DNA of 64,000 nt. Source: Marsupella aquatica. Its lineage: Eukaryota; Plantae; Marchantiophyta. Made by a program: the position numbers and the translations under genes. Below, in pieces: positions 37,625 through 49,200 of this stretch. Where the stretch lies: NCBI GenBank assembly GCA_973895155.1, contig OZ316899.1, positions 2,193,573 to 2,257,572 of the forward strand. The letters run 5' to 3'. Below the pieces are notes generated by a model. That model worked only from the letters and a program-made list of their open reading frames with translations. It was not told the origin of the DNA and did no database searches. The number at the start of each line of letters is the position of its first letter. Position 1 is the stretch's first letter.

Positions 37625-39876
37625 TTAGATACGAACACGTCCACCAGAAGAAGTACCAGAGCCCGCACTCCCCCGCCTACGGTGAGTCGAAGTAGCCATT
37701 GCAATTTCGCCTGTCTCCTCCATTTGATAATCCACCTTTAGCTCCACAGGGTTCCTCTTCCCCGTCCAATCCTCCGATCCTGGTGTGTTAGCGATATCAA
37801 TTGTCGGTCCCTCATTCCCGTCCACAGAAGCAGGCTTCTCAATTTCTGCAGCAGGGACAGAAGAGTGTGACAATTTCAGAGATCGTTGCTTTTTAGGTTC
37901 TTGGGAAACTCTATCCTTCTTAGCTGCTGGAGGTGTCCTTTTGTCAAGCTTCCTCGCTCTATCCTTCCCCTTACTTGAAACATATGCTTCATATTCAGAC
38001 ATATCTACGTCAGTGTCCCCATGATATGAAGATCCGTTCAGCTCAGCACTTTCGCTGTGTGAGTCCATCGATGCTACTATCTCAGCCGCGGCCACCCCCA
38101 CTTCAATAGGTGTAAAACTTGCTGCCCCAGCATCCAATGGAATTATTGGCAAGGTATCTGTGGTCAATACATTAGGAATCTCTACCCGGCCCGGCGCAAT
38201 CCGCAGCCTCTGACTTCCTTTGTTCCCATCCTCCTCACTACTAGAATTTATCCTTCCCTCCTGTGCAGGTTCGGCCAGAGGGGGTTCAGCTTCCGCTCGC
38301 ATAAGAGCTTCAACTGCTTGTATATCTGCTGTCACCGTGCCTTCCTCTCTAGGGACAATTGGGCCCGCTCCCGTCCTTACTCTTAAGTTCATAGCTAGTT
38401 GTATCCTCAGTACCTCTTCTGGGTCTCCTTCGGCTGTCGCATCCAATTCTTCAGGGGTGTCATCGATGTCCTCCCCATTGTTTTCCTGATCTGCTTCCGC
38501 TACTACATTCCTCCCTTCTCTGCACTCCCGAGCCAAATGGCCCCGCTTGTTGCACTTGAAGCAGTGGTAAGGTATGTTCTTGAATATTATCGGCTGCCAG
38601 ATGACAATGTCATCCCTGATCCTTACACGAGCACTCTTTGGCAATTCTCGTTCAGTATCCCAGAGAATACAGGCTCTATCGTGGGGATAAGAGCTGTATT
38701 CAGCACCCTGAATGTAATGTAGCAGCTTGCCCAAAGACTCCGCAATCTTGATACGGCACCCTTCCAGCACCAGAGCTCGAAAAGGGAGCTCAATCCATAC
38801 AGGGAGCTTAGTAAACTTTTCAGCCCGAATGTCAAATGAGGGGTCCCAATGGAATGTGTATACCAGCTTGCGCTCAAGGAACCATGGTGCAGACGACAAG
38901 GCAAGGTCTCTGTGATCCGCATTTTCAAAAACCACCAAGTAGAAGCTTTTTCCGACAAATTGATTTGTAGCACTGGCCCCTCAACCATCCATTCTTCAAT
39001 CCATGCTCGAAACCCAGGTAACATAGGAGTCCAATCCGTAAAGTAACATAGCATGCCGCAGTTGTATAATTGCCTGACATTGCACGCCGCTTCCTCAAGA
39101 TTCCAGTCTACAGACGTAAACAACTTAGTGCTCCAGTCTCCCTTTGAGTTCGCTGCGATTTCTTTTAGAATCGTAATACATTCCTCAGATACCTTCGTCC
39201 CCTCCTCTCCCTCCGAGTGTTCGCCCACATCCACCTCCTTGATCCCCGGCTCAGCACTACGCCCTTGATGGGGACCAGATTCAATTCCCTTCGCGCCGCG
39301 GTCAGTTGTTGCCCGAGAGTGGATCCTCGTGGAATTGCAGGTCTCCCATGTTGATGATGACAGCTCTGTGTCTTTTCCTTTACGTCCTTGATCAGAATTG
39401 TCAGATAGATCATAGGGCTCCTGCGCCTTATACTGCGGGCATCTGAAAGAGGAACCTAGAAAGCCTCTACCATTAGGGGGAGCTGCACTCCGAGAATCCT
39501 GTTTGCTAAATCGTTTGTTTGCCTCCCTAGCATGTGCACTTAGTCCTTCCTTGTTCCCCGGGGGAGCCAAGTCCGTGTGTCCACGCAGTTGTTCTGTCCT
39601 GTTCTTCCCTAACTCCGCCTCGGTTCCAATGATTGACATTACTTGGCTATGTCAGACAGTTAGATCAGAAAGTAAAACAGGGAGATGTCCCTTCTCACCT
39701 CCCACTTGAAGTAATCTCGAATGCCTGTATCTCCCTGCAGATCTTCCACCTTGCTCCGTTGCAAACCCTTCTCTAGTTACTTTGTTGACTTCTTGTTTGG
39801 CCGAGTCTCCACTTTCACCACTTCCGCCCGTGCTCCTGCTTGCCCATAGGTTTTCGCAATCGATCCCTACGTCCAA
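37625..39876 (-). pseudogene. LINE ORF1 (DUF4283-like region plus CCHC zinc knuckle), frameshifted
   Basis: VVFENADHRDLALSSAPWFL...LPVWIELPF and CFKCNKRGHLAREC; ends 24 nt upstream of the ORF2 start. Confidence 0.85.
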
Positions 39877-42800
39877 ACCTTTCTTACTTGCCTCCCCGTC
39901 CCTGTTTGAGGATTAAACTGCTCACCTTTTAAGAAGACAACGGTTTTGCCGTCCTGACCCTTACTCCCGATAGCCCTAATCCTACCTTTGTCATGCGCTC
40001 AACATTTCCTCAACCAAATCCAATAATGCTAATCGCAAACAGTAGGGAATCACGACCGTCATCTCCTTCCAGATTACCTAGTCAAACAGTGATCCAAAGT
40101 GATGACCCAGCCAAGAACATCCACCCTTCTCACGTCCGCTGGGCTCCTCAGTCCTCCTCAGTCCCCGGATCTTATTTAATGTAGGTTTAATTTGCACTCA
40201 TTGTCTTTTTATTCCTTTACTATTCATAATTTAATAGATTCTTTCCCCCTTTTCAATTTAAAAAGTCATTTGGTGAGGGTTTCCACTCGTTGCCCTTTCA
40301 TTTGCTTACTATTCACTCTTTATTGAAATCATATTTGGGATCATATTTTTCTATTTTTCAATAAAAAAGTTGATGTTTTCATGTTTTCACTCTATCTCCA
40401 TTTATTTATTTTTCTCTTTGGCTCAGTCCAAGAATAATTAAAATCAGATTCCTTTTTTGGGTGATTTTTTTTAATTGCGCAAAGTCAAATGGCAGGTCTA
40501 ATTTGCAACATATATTTCAAAAGACCACATATGCAATATTGCGTAAACAATCCTAGTGGCCAGGTGAATATATATATGTTAGAACCCTCTTCCCCCAATA
40601 TCAATAGGTCAAAACTTGCTAGCCAATGATATAATATATCCTTCAAGCATACAATACCTTGGATCATTGAGAAAAAACCAACTCGGGCCAAATGGGGAAA
40701 CGCAAGAGAGAAGAGGGTATGTGGAGCGGCTTGCTCTTGCTCAGCTCGGAACCTTTCCTTGAGCGCATAGATTGAAGCTTGCACCGCAAGCTATGGAAAG
40801 GTTGAGGGTTTTGCGGCTTGGCCCTCCAATAGTTGAGTTGTGAGAGGGCGAGAAGCCCGGGCGAGAAGAAGACAAGAGCTCAAAGAGTTGGGATATACCA
40901 AGTCTTCTACGTGGTAATTGTCATTCAGCCTATTGGCCGTGATAGTTTGTTCCTGGTTTTCCAGTTTTGTTGTGGTGCTTTATGCTCAATTCATGATACG
41001 AGCAGTCAGCGGGCAGCAACAATGCAGAGCCGACAACCACTTTTGTGAGTGCTGCAAGGTGGGTTTTCTTTGCTTTCCTCTTCTATTCTTGGCTGTCAGT
41101 CTATTCTTCACCCCATCTCTTAATGCATTTTTCTGCGCATCTTCTGTCTTTGGAATCCTTGCTGCGATAGGTCTTAGTAAGCGGAGAGGTGATCAATCAG
41201 GTCCCGGGTTTATCTCTTCCTTAGGTTTGTGTACGAGCCACGATCTGTATTTTGGGACAGTTTTGTATGGGAGATGCCGGGCAACATTTTAGGTCGGGAG
41301 ATTGAGGTCATGATACACAGTGGAATAACGTGGATTTGCCTACTGGGAGCTTTGATTTGCAGAGTTAAGCCTTTGAAAACATATTAAGCTTCTTCATTAT
41401 TTCTTCCCCTGGTGTCACACTGTGCACAAAAAAATCTATGGAGAATTGCTGCCTTCTATAAATTGGTGGCAATATGAGGATAGTTCAGGACATGTTTGTG
41501 AATGCTCACTAGTGTAGCGATCAATTGGGATGATGTTTTTACAGCTTGAGTGTCCAATTCTCAAACTTCCTTCCTTAGCCTGCTTCATCTTGCAGAAGAT
41601 TTGCTCTTCAACAAGTGAGTATGGCGTTCATCTTTTATCGTACTAATAAGGCGCTAATCATAGTAGGCGTGACTATTGAATAATATCAGGGCTCCAAAGA
41701 GTCGCCCGGGGCAGAGAAGAATGAAATTAAAGCTTGCAAGATAGTGTTTCAATATCCAAGAAAGACCCCTTGGCTTTGTCGTGGGTGACATCAAGAACAT
41801 GTGTGTTTAGAATTCTCAATTCATACAACAGTGCGATAGGAAATGGAAGGTTTCTATGTGCACTATGGCACATAGTGCACATAGAAACCTCCTGTCCGAA
41901 TAGTTATCTATTGAATTCTTCTTGGATAGATTCAATTATTCAGTTCCCCAATTCCAAAGATTTCGTACACTGCCAATAAATTTTATCCATCCAGCATTGT
42001 AGAGTCGTTGGCAGACAGTCGTATTGTACTAACTAGGTAGCAACGGTGTAGAGGAAATTAGGTAGGTGTTTCCAAGGTGGGTTGTGGTTTGATGAACGTG
42101 TCCAGTATCTTGTCGCTTCCTTTCCGCGTCCTCAATGCCCTTCTCCAATTTCAGCTGAAGCTTCAAGGACTTTGCTTAGAATTGTTCAAGATGGGAACTC
42201 GTGTGCAAACTTACGTTATAGAGGTGAGTCTGAACAGAGAAACTTTTATGCCAATGAGATAAACCCTCCGGAGAATGGTAAAGTTTTTGACCTGAGATTT
42301 GACAGAATGCAAAGTATCATCAACGACCAATGTTAGAATATAGGTGAACCCCTGATGGTCAGAATGTTCAATGTTTTTGTCCAGGACTATGATTTGCGGT
42401 GCACTTCATTTGGAGTACCTTGCTATACTCATTCAACACGCAACTTTGAGTCTGAAGGCTGCACTACGTTGTTTGACAAAGATAAACTGAGACCCGAGGT
42501 TGAGAACAAGGAGCCAGATTTGAAGGTCGAGGAGGAGAATTTGGAAATAACTACAAAGAAGTGGAAGGGAGTTGTTGCCAAAGAAGCTGAGACATCAATG
42601 TACTCTTCTCTAGAGATCTTGACAAGGCTCACTACTGCCAATCTCAAAAATTATTCAAAGCTGAGGTATTTAATAAAGTAGACAGTGTCGGCCCTGTAAG
42701 TTTTTTTGGAGCTGTTCACACATTTTTCTGTAACTTGCGCAAAATCTGCCCTGATCTTTCCCAATGTGCGTACATATATAGAGAATTTAATCTGAGGAAC

Positions 42801-43114
42801 TTATAGGTTAGAAAATTGATCTAATGATGGCGTTGGCTGTGGATCTGGAGATCCAAAAGGGTCTCAAAATAGAACAATCATCTTCTCTTTGCGAGTGCTA
42901 TTGGCAATTATTCTTAGTTGATGATTTGACATAAACCATGCAGCCAATTTCTTTTGGTTGACCGATGGGTCCCATCAACAAATGATAGTGATTGATTTCA
43001 CGTTGTTCTGATCTATAGTGGGTAGAAGGGAGTCATTTAATTTGTCTTAGCAAATCTTGTGTAGGGTAAGCAGGGAGGATGGACTAGAGTAACAATAATC
43101 TTTCAACTGTGCAG

Positions 43115-45168
43115 ACCACATGCAGCATCTAGAACTGTATTGTGGAGCTAGAAGGAGTTTGACGAAACAAAAGTTAGAGATTTTGCTTTTCATCCAAAAT
43201 TGGATACTATAGTTTCAGTGGGAGCGCTTTTAGAAATGCCTCCTAACACAGTCCGTTTCAAAGAGCTCAAGGATCAGGGAAAAAACGTGCCCTTCTTTGG
43301 TGAGTGTCAAATTTGATGGTGACAGGATTCAGTTCGTTTTTTATTGCCCACCAGTGAATCTGATGACGTCGGTAACACAACGGGCCTTCCTTGCATCATT
43401 GCTTGCTTTTGCCATCACTAGAAGTGTTGTTTATGTCAATAATGGACTGCATTGTATGATTGGGTGTATCGATTGACTGTCCTGCTATCAACAAAGTAGC
43501 AGATGCTCCAACCAAGAAAGGTAATGTACCTGTCCAGCTTAAACCTGATAATCATATTGATGTTGCTACTGGTGTGCGGTCAGGGCCTTCCGCCCATAGG
43601 ATGACAATGAGTCCATCTGAGTATGGCAAAATTGGTAACCTAGCTACTTTGATGAACTCTTCTGGCTAGACTCTAACTCAATTAATTAGAGAGGTCCCTG
43701 TGGGGGTCCCTGTTGTATTTATGTTTTGGCGGGCAAAATTGAACTGTATCTAGGCTTGGCTGCAAAGGGTGGGTTGTAGTTCAGAAAGTTAGGAATTAAT
43801 GCCACAGATAAGGCTGCATGAAGGATTGCTGGCCCTAGACAAATAAATGTTAGAATGTGATTGTGTGAGATTTTTTTGGATATTTCAATGAAACCTTGCC
43901 TCCCCTTTTCATAGCAATAAAGAAATAAAAATTACTGAGGACAGGCGCATAAACCCCAATCCACAATTATCTTGAGCTATAGGTAACAACGTTTTTATGG
44001 TGGGATGGAATAGGAGAGCCAGAACCTGCAGCAGTGCCGGAAGTTCACATGCAACGGAGTGATATTCAGATTTTGTCAAACTGCCTTCAATCTAATTATG
44101 TCCACCATACACATCCCTGCACTGTGGATACAGCCGAAGAATCAGCCTTTTGCTGAATTCTGTGTACACAACTAAATTCATGAGGTGAACAGACAAAACA
44201 AATTCTATTGGTATTTAATAATAATGGCTTGCATCTCTGTTAATTAAAGGCACAAAATGGGATTTTGCAGAACCTTTACTTCAGCCATTTGGTTTTCCAA
44301 GATGTGGTAAATTGTATTTGCATGGTAGGTGACGACACTTGAAGATACAAGATGCCAAGATGGTCCCCACCGAGGTCCCCACAGGGTAAAGCTTAGTTCA
44401 CTAGGACCAACATATATTGACATGCGCTTGCACACTCCTTGCTTTGACTACATCGTAGTTCACTAAACAAAGAATAATTTAAACTGTGTCTTGGAAAATG
44501 TGCAATGCAACGTGAGTCTGCAGTATCTTTCTCCAATTGTGCTCAGTTGTGAATGTGTGGTGAATGCCAATTCCCATGCCCCTTTTTTGCTACCTTTGTC
44601 CTTTTGTATGTTTTCACCCAGATAGTCAGAGTACAATATTTAAATATTTTTGTGGTATTTTGTTCAGGTCAAACTTGTTTTGTCTCATATACAAACAGTG
44701 GAGTTTGTAGCTTGTATTGTTGGGTACTTCCTATCCTTGTTTTCCTCCAGTAATTAGAAGGACATCATATCACTGCCCTTTCTATGATTAATTTTATCTG
44801 CCAACCGTTATCCACTTGCAACTGCTAAAGATTCTGAGATTTTCCAATTATAAGTATTGCACACTTCACCTTATTTTGCATTTGCAGGCAGTAGGACATA
44901 TCTTACCTTGGACTACTGGATCTCTCGACAAGATCTTTTTCTAAATAGAAACTCCTTTCTTGGACATCAGTACTAGGCTGGTAATGTAATTCATTTTCAA
45001 TTAAACCATTGAATATTTGTCTCTATATTGCAAGGAAGGTGTGCTGGCTTTCTGTTTGGCAGGGATCTGAAACTGCTGTGTGATGAAAGGTGATGCGATG
45101 CAAACTACCAAGTGTGAACATGTCTTTATTTTTTCAGGTGTGCTTTTCATCCTATATCCATTGTTAAG
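43115..45168 (+). pseudogene. Possible degenerate spliced host-gene remnant with WD40-like motifs
   Basis: AG/GT-bounded candidate exons 43115-43299 (KVRDFAFHPKLDTIVSVG, with an in-frame stop) and 45138-45168 (CAFHPISIVK). No continuous ORF could be assembled. Confidence 0.25.
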
Positions 45169-46292
45169 GTAATTCTCTGCAACCTTTGGAAAGATGCTGA
45201 GAAACTTAGTTGCCATTTGGCAATCTCTTGTCTTGGCTAAAATTTGTTATAAATCAATTCAAATGCAAGGAAAACATTTGGGGAGTATGTGACATATGCA
45301 GTATTAGGCAATTTTGATTTACGACAACTCCAACATTTTAATCAAGCATATCTGGCCAATTTTTGTTGTTGGCAATCCGTGTGTGGGATTGGAACCTGGA
45401 TGAGAATCACTTTAGACAATAGGCTTTTGTTCTTGGTCAAACTCAATTAGACTAGATCAGGCTAGAAGCTCTATACCAACTTCATCTTTGAAGCTGTCCC
45501 TATAAAGCCAAGAAGGACACTACTTTTTATGTGGAGTTTTGACAAGGACTCACATGCTTTGTGAACTTTTGTTTAACATTACTTTTTTTTAACTCGTTGG
45601 CAGTGGTATGTTGGAAGTGAATTGTGTCAAAGGACGAGAGGATACAAGGTACCACTGGTCCCTGTGCCACCCTAGAAAAGGTGTTTTCCTTTCTCCAAAA
45701 TTATTTGTTGGTCCTAGTCCCTTTGTTGGGTAACTTCTTGCATGTGCTGTTGCACTTCTGATTGATACTAGGTCCTTTGTTGACTAAGACCAGGATGACC
45801 ATGTTGGCAATATTTCTGTTCAATGATTCAACTTGGTGACAGGAGGATATTTTTGAGAGACCAAGCCTTGACCTCAATGGTTGCAAGAAGTAGTTCAGGT
45901 ACATGAAGCAACATAGGTGGTGTTTAGTTTGCTTGCACAGCATGAGTATATAGGCAATTCAAGTGAAGCTAATCAAGGTAAAGTGGTATCATCGTCTTCT
46001 AAACTTAGTACTACTATTGCATGTGATGCTTTCATTTTGGAATTCTGCTATATGAATCTGTAATGTGAACCAGGATGGTTGTCTAAAATTCTTGTTGCCT
46101 GTTTGTAAACAAGGAATTTTACGGTGCGAGCAAACAGGAGTTTTTGCTAGCGAGGCAGCATTGTTAGCGAGGCACATTTTATGGTCAAACTCACAACACA
46201 TTAATGGAAAAAACGACCAAATTTCACTATTTTCCCTCTCTCAAAGTAATGAAAGTGTTATAACTACGGAAATTCATGCATGATTGTCATAT

Positions 46293-49200
46293 TGTGATGC
46301 CTAGACAGGAATCACTCGGCCAGTTAAGTGGGTAAAGCAGGAATGCACCCTGGAAACATCTTAGTATAGGGACAAAACAAGGAAAATATAAACAATTAGG
46401 GGCAACTATGGAACCCGGGCCGAGGCCTGAGGTAAGGACGCTGGGGGTGAAAACTCGATTAGGGTTAGGGCGCATTAAGTGTCGGCGGCTAGGAAGGATC
46501 AACGGGAGGAAGGACCGGAAGAGGAGAGGGGTAAGGAGCGCTTGCAGGAAATGGTGGCTCATTTGTGAGCACGAACTAGGCAGACGACTACGGGAGGCCA
46601 ACTACTGTCAGCTGCTTAGGCAAGCACTCGGGGAGAGAGTAGATACCGACGATCGACCTAAGGAGGGTATGAGCAACGTCAATCAAGCGGCACATTTCTG
46701 GGGATGCCTGTTCGAACGGGCAACTGAGTACATCAAGACTTACGAGGACGAGGAATCAGAAAGGGCAGCTCGAGAATGGCAGGTGCTCGCTCGATTGTGG
46801 GAGCTGCAGAAGACGGCTTTCTTAGGAGGCAAACTCATCAAGGACGAGTTCTTGTGGACTCCTACTTCCAATCAGCTCGACGATCTTCTGTTTTGCAAAG
46901 ACAACATCATCGGCATTCGAGACGCCATCAAGAACTGCAACGACATACACTGGGAATTAAAGGGTAGCACGGAAAGGTGGACCCAGGCAACGGTGCTAGG
47001 AGAAACCTCCACGGCAACAGAGATGAAGAGGAAGGGAGCCGTCAACGATGAAGCCACCCCGGCAAAAAGAACGAGGTCGACGGCACCAAAGAAGCCAGCC
47101 GAGCAGCAGAGCAGGAGGCAGGGAGAAGCCGAAGAGGAGGAGGTCGATCCCATCAAGGCCATTCCAACCAGGGATGACACCTGGAAAGGCTGGGCGGCAA
47201 CCCTACCGGTGGAGGTGCAACTACATTTTGCACGGGAGGAGGATGCATGCTTTACAGCCATGCAGACCAAGAAGTACCAAGGCTTCATGGCCGGATCCGG
47301 CTTAGAGGCCTTTGTAAGATTACCATGGCTGAAGCCGGAGGTGCCGGATTCAGACCTATTAGAATTCGTGGGGTCATGGGAACCCAAGACCAATTGCACG
47401 AGGATATATGCGAAGGATTTCTATCTTACTCCCAAGGTGATTGCCGAAGTGTTTGGCTTGCCGATAGGCAATAAGACCAAAGTTGATACCAGGAAGACCT
47501 TGCCTGACAAGGAGTTCCGGTCGTTCCCCGGGCCATCAACGAAGAATGGCTTCTTCCGGAACACCTGCACCAACCCGCACATAGGAGAGATGATCGACTT
47601 CTTGAGGGTGACCATGCACTGTAACTTGCCGAGGGCAGAGATCGGCAAGGCACAGGTCTATCTGGCAGAGAGGCCAGACCCAAGCCGGGACTACAACGGG
47701 TACCTCCTCAACCAATTGAAGAAGATCTTAAAGGAGGAGCAGCAGGTAATCGGCATGGGGAGCGTGTCGCGGCTTGGCTATCACATGCCGCTGTTGTGCC
47801 GGTATGCCAGAGGTCAGACCTTTGCCCCAGTACTTCCCCTGCAGGTAAGGGCACCCGAGGAAGCTCCAGCACCGAGGCCGGTAGCAGAGAAGCCTCAACC
47901 ACCTGTTAGCCCTACGATCGAGCAGGTGTTTAGGCCAAGGAAGGAAGACTTGCCGATGCAGCAACCAGGCATGCAGAATCTGCTGAAACTACTGGAGAAA
48001 GAAAGATCGGCATCGGCAACGACAACGTCAACGGCAACAATGCAGGACACTACTCCAGAGGTAGGCCTACACCGGCTTACAAGGGAAAACCCCTTTACTG
48101 GAGACAAGGAGAGAATCAGGCCAGAATCCAAGCCGGGTGTTCGAATGTACGTGGGAGTCTCAAGCTCTGAATTTGAGGCAGAATTGCCTGAAGTTCCTAC
48201 CGACGAAGAGGAGAAGGAGAAGCCGGAAGTCCAAGAAGTAGAGGAGGCAGTGGAGGACGGCAGCCATGATAACTCCGGCTATGGGTCGGACCATCACGTT
48301 CCAGGAGTAAGGACCTGTGGCCGGTTTATCCCCACACTTCCAAGGGTAGTACGAGGTGACCCCAACCAACAAAGTAGCCCTGAGTCTCCCCCACCAGATG
48401 TTGCTCCCCCGAGCTTTGACGGCATAAAACAGACGGCGCAGGAATTTCAGGAGCGAATCAGGCAGGAAGAGGAGGCAGCCCTGGCTAGAGAAAAGGATTT
48501 GCCAGGAGGAGATTGGCCGGAGGACATCAAGCGGCTAGCCGAAAAAGGAAGCAAACCTCTAGCCACGATTGAAGAGATCCGCAAGACGGCTTGGGAGCAG
48601 AGGCCGCGGTGGATGATGCCGATGACTTCTACTTCCTCCACCTATGCTAAAGACAGAGCCATGGAGTACGGGGAGATGTGTGGAGAACTGGCGCTCAGCA
48701 TCTTTGGGGAGGAGTTGGAGCAGGGACCCTTTTTCCAGAGGGAGATGTTGGAGAAGCGCCAATTAGAAGAAGCGGTGACCTTGGAAAGAAGCAAGAAGGA
48801 TGAGGTCATCCGTCGGCTTAGGGAAAGGGAAGCCGAAATCAAGGACCTGAGGGTGGCCAAGAAAGCCCAAGATGAGCTGCGGATTAAGCGGCATGAGCTA
48901 AATATCATGCATGGCCAGTTGGATACCGCACAATCTGATAATCGAATGATCGAGAATCTACTGACGCGGACCCAAGGAGAGTTGGCCGATACGATCAAAG
49001 AGAGGGAGAAGTGGAAGCGAGAGCTGAGGAATGCAGAGGAGGCCCACATAACAGCCAACAGCCGGGCCATGGCGGAGACCCAAAGAAAGGAATGGGCGTT
49101 GAAGGGAGAGCTCGAGAAAATTCGCGGAGCCCTTGAGCAGAAGGAGGCCGAGTTGGGGAAATCCTATCAAGGGATTATGGCGCTGCAACAGGAGCTTGCG

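Larger units (their letters stand above)
33456..40171 (-). mobile_element. Full-length L1-type LINE (about 6.7 kb), frameshifted
   Basis: 17-bp TSD TTATTTAATGTAGGTTT (33439-33455, 40172-40188). The target reads TT|AAA on the element strand, as expected for an L1-type endonuclease. ORF1 and ORF2 are recognisable. Confidence 0.9.

Noticed and set aside
40918-41292. Hydrophobic 124-aa ORF as a membrane protein
   Set aside because: T-rich low-complexity composition typical of UTR or intron sequence; no recognisable motif.
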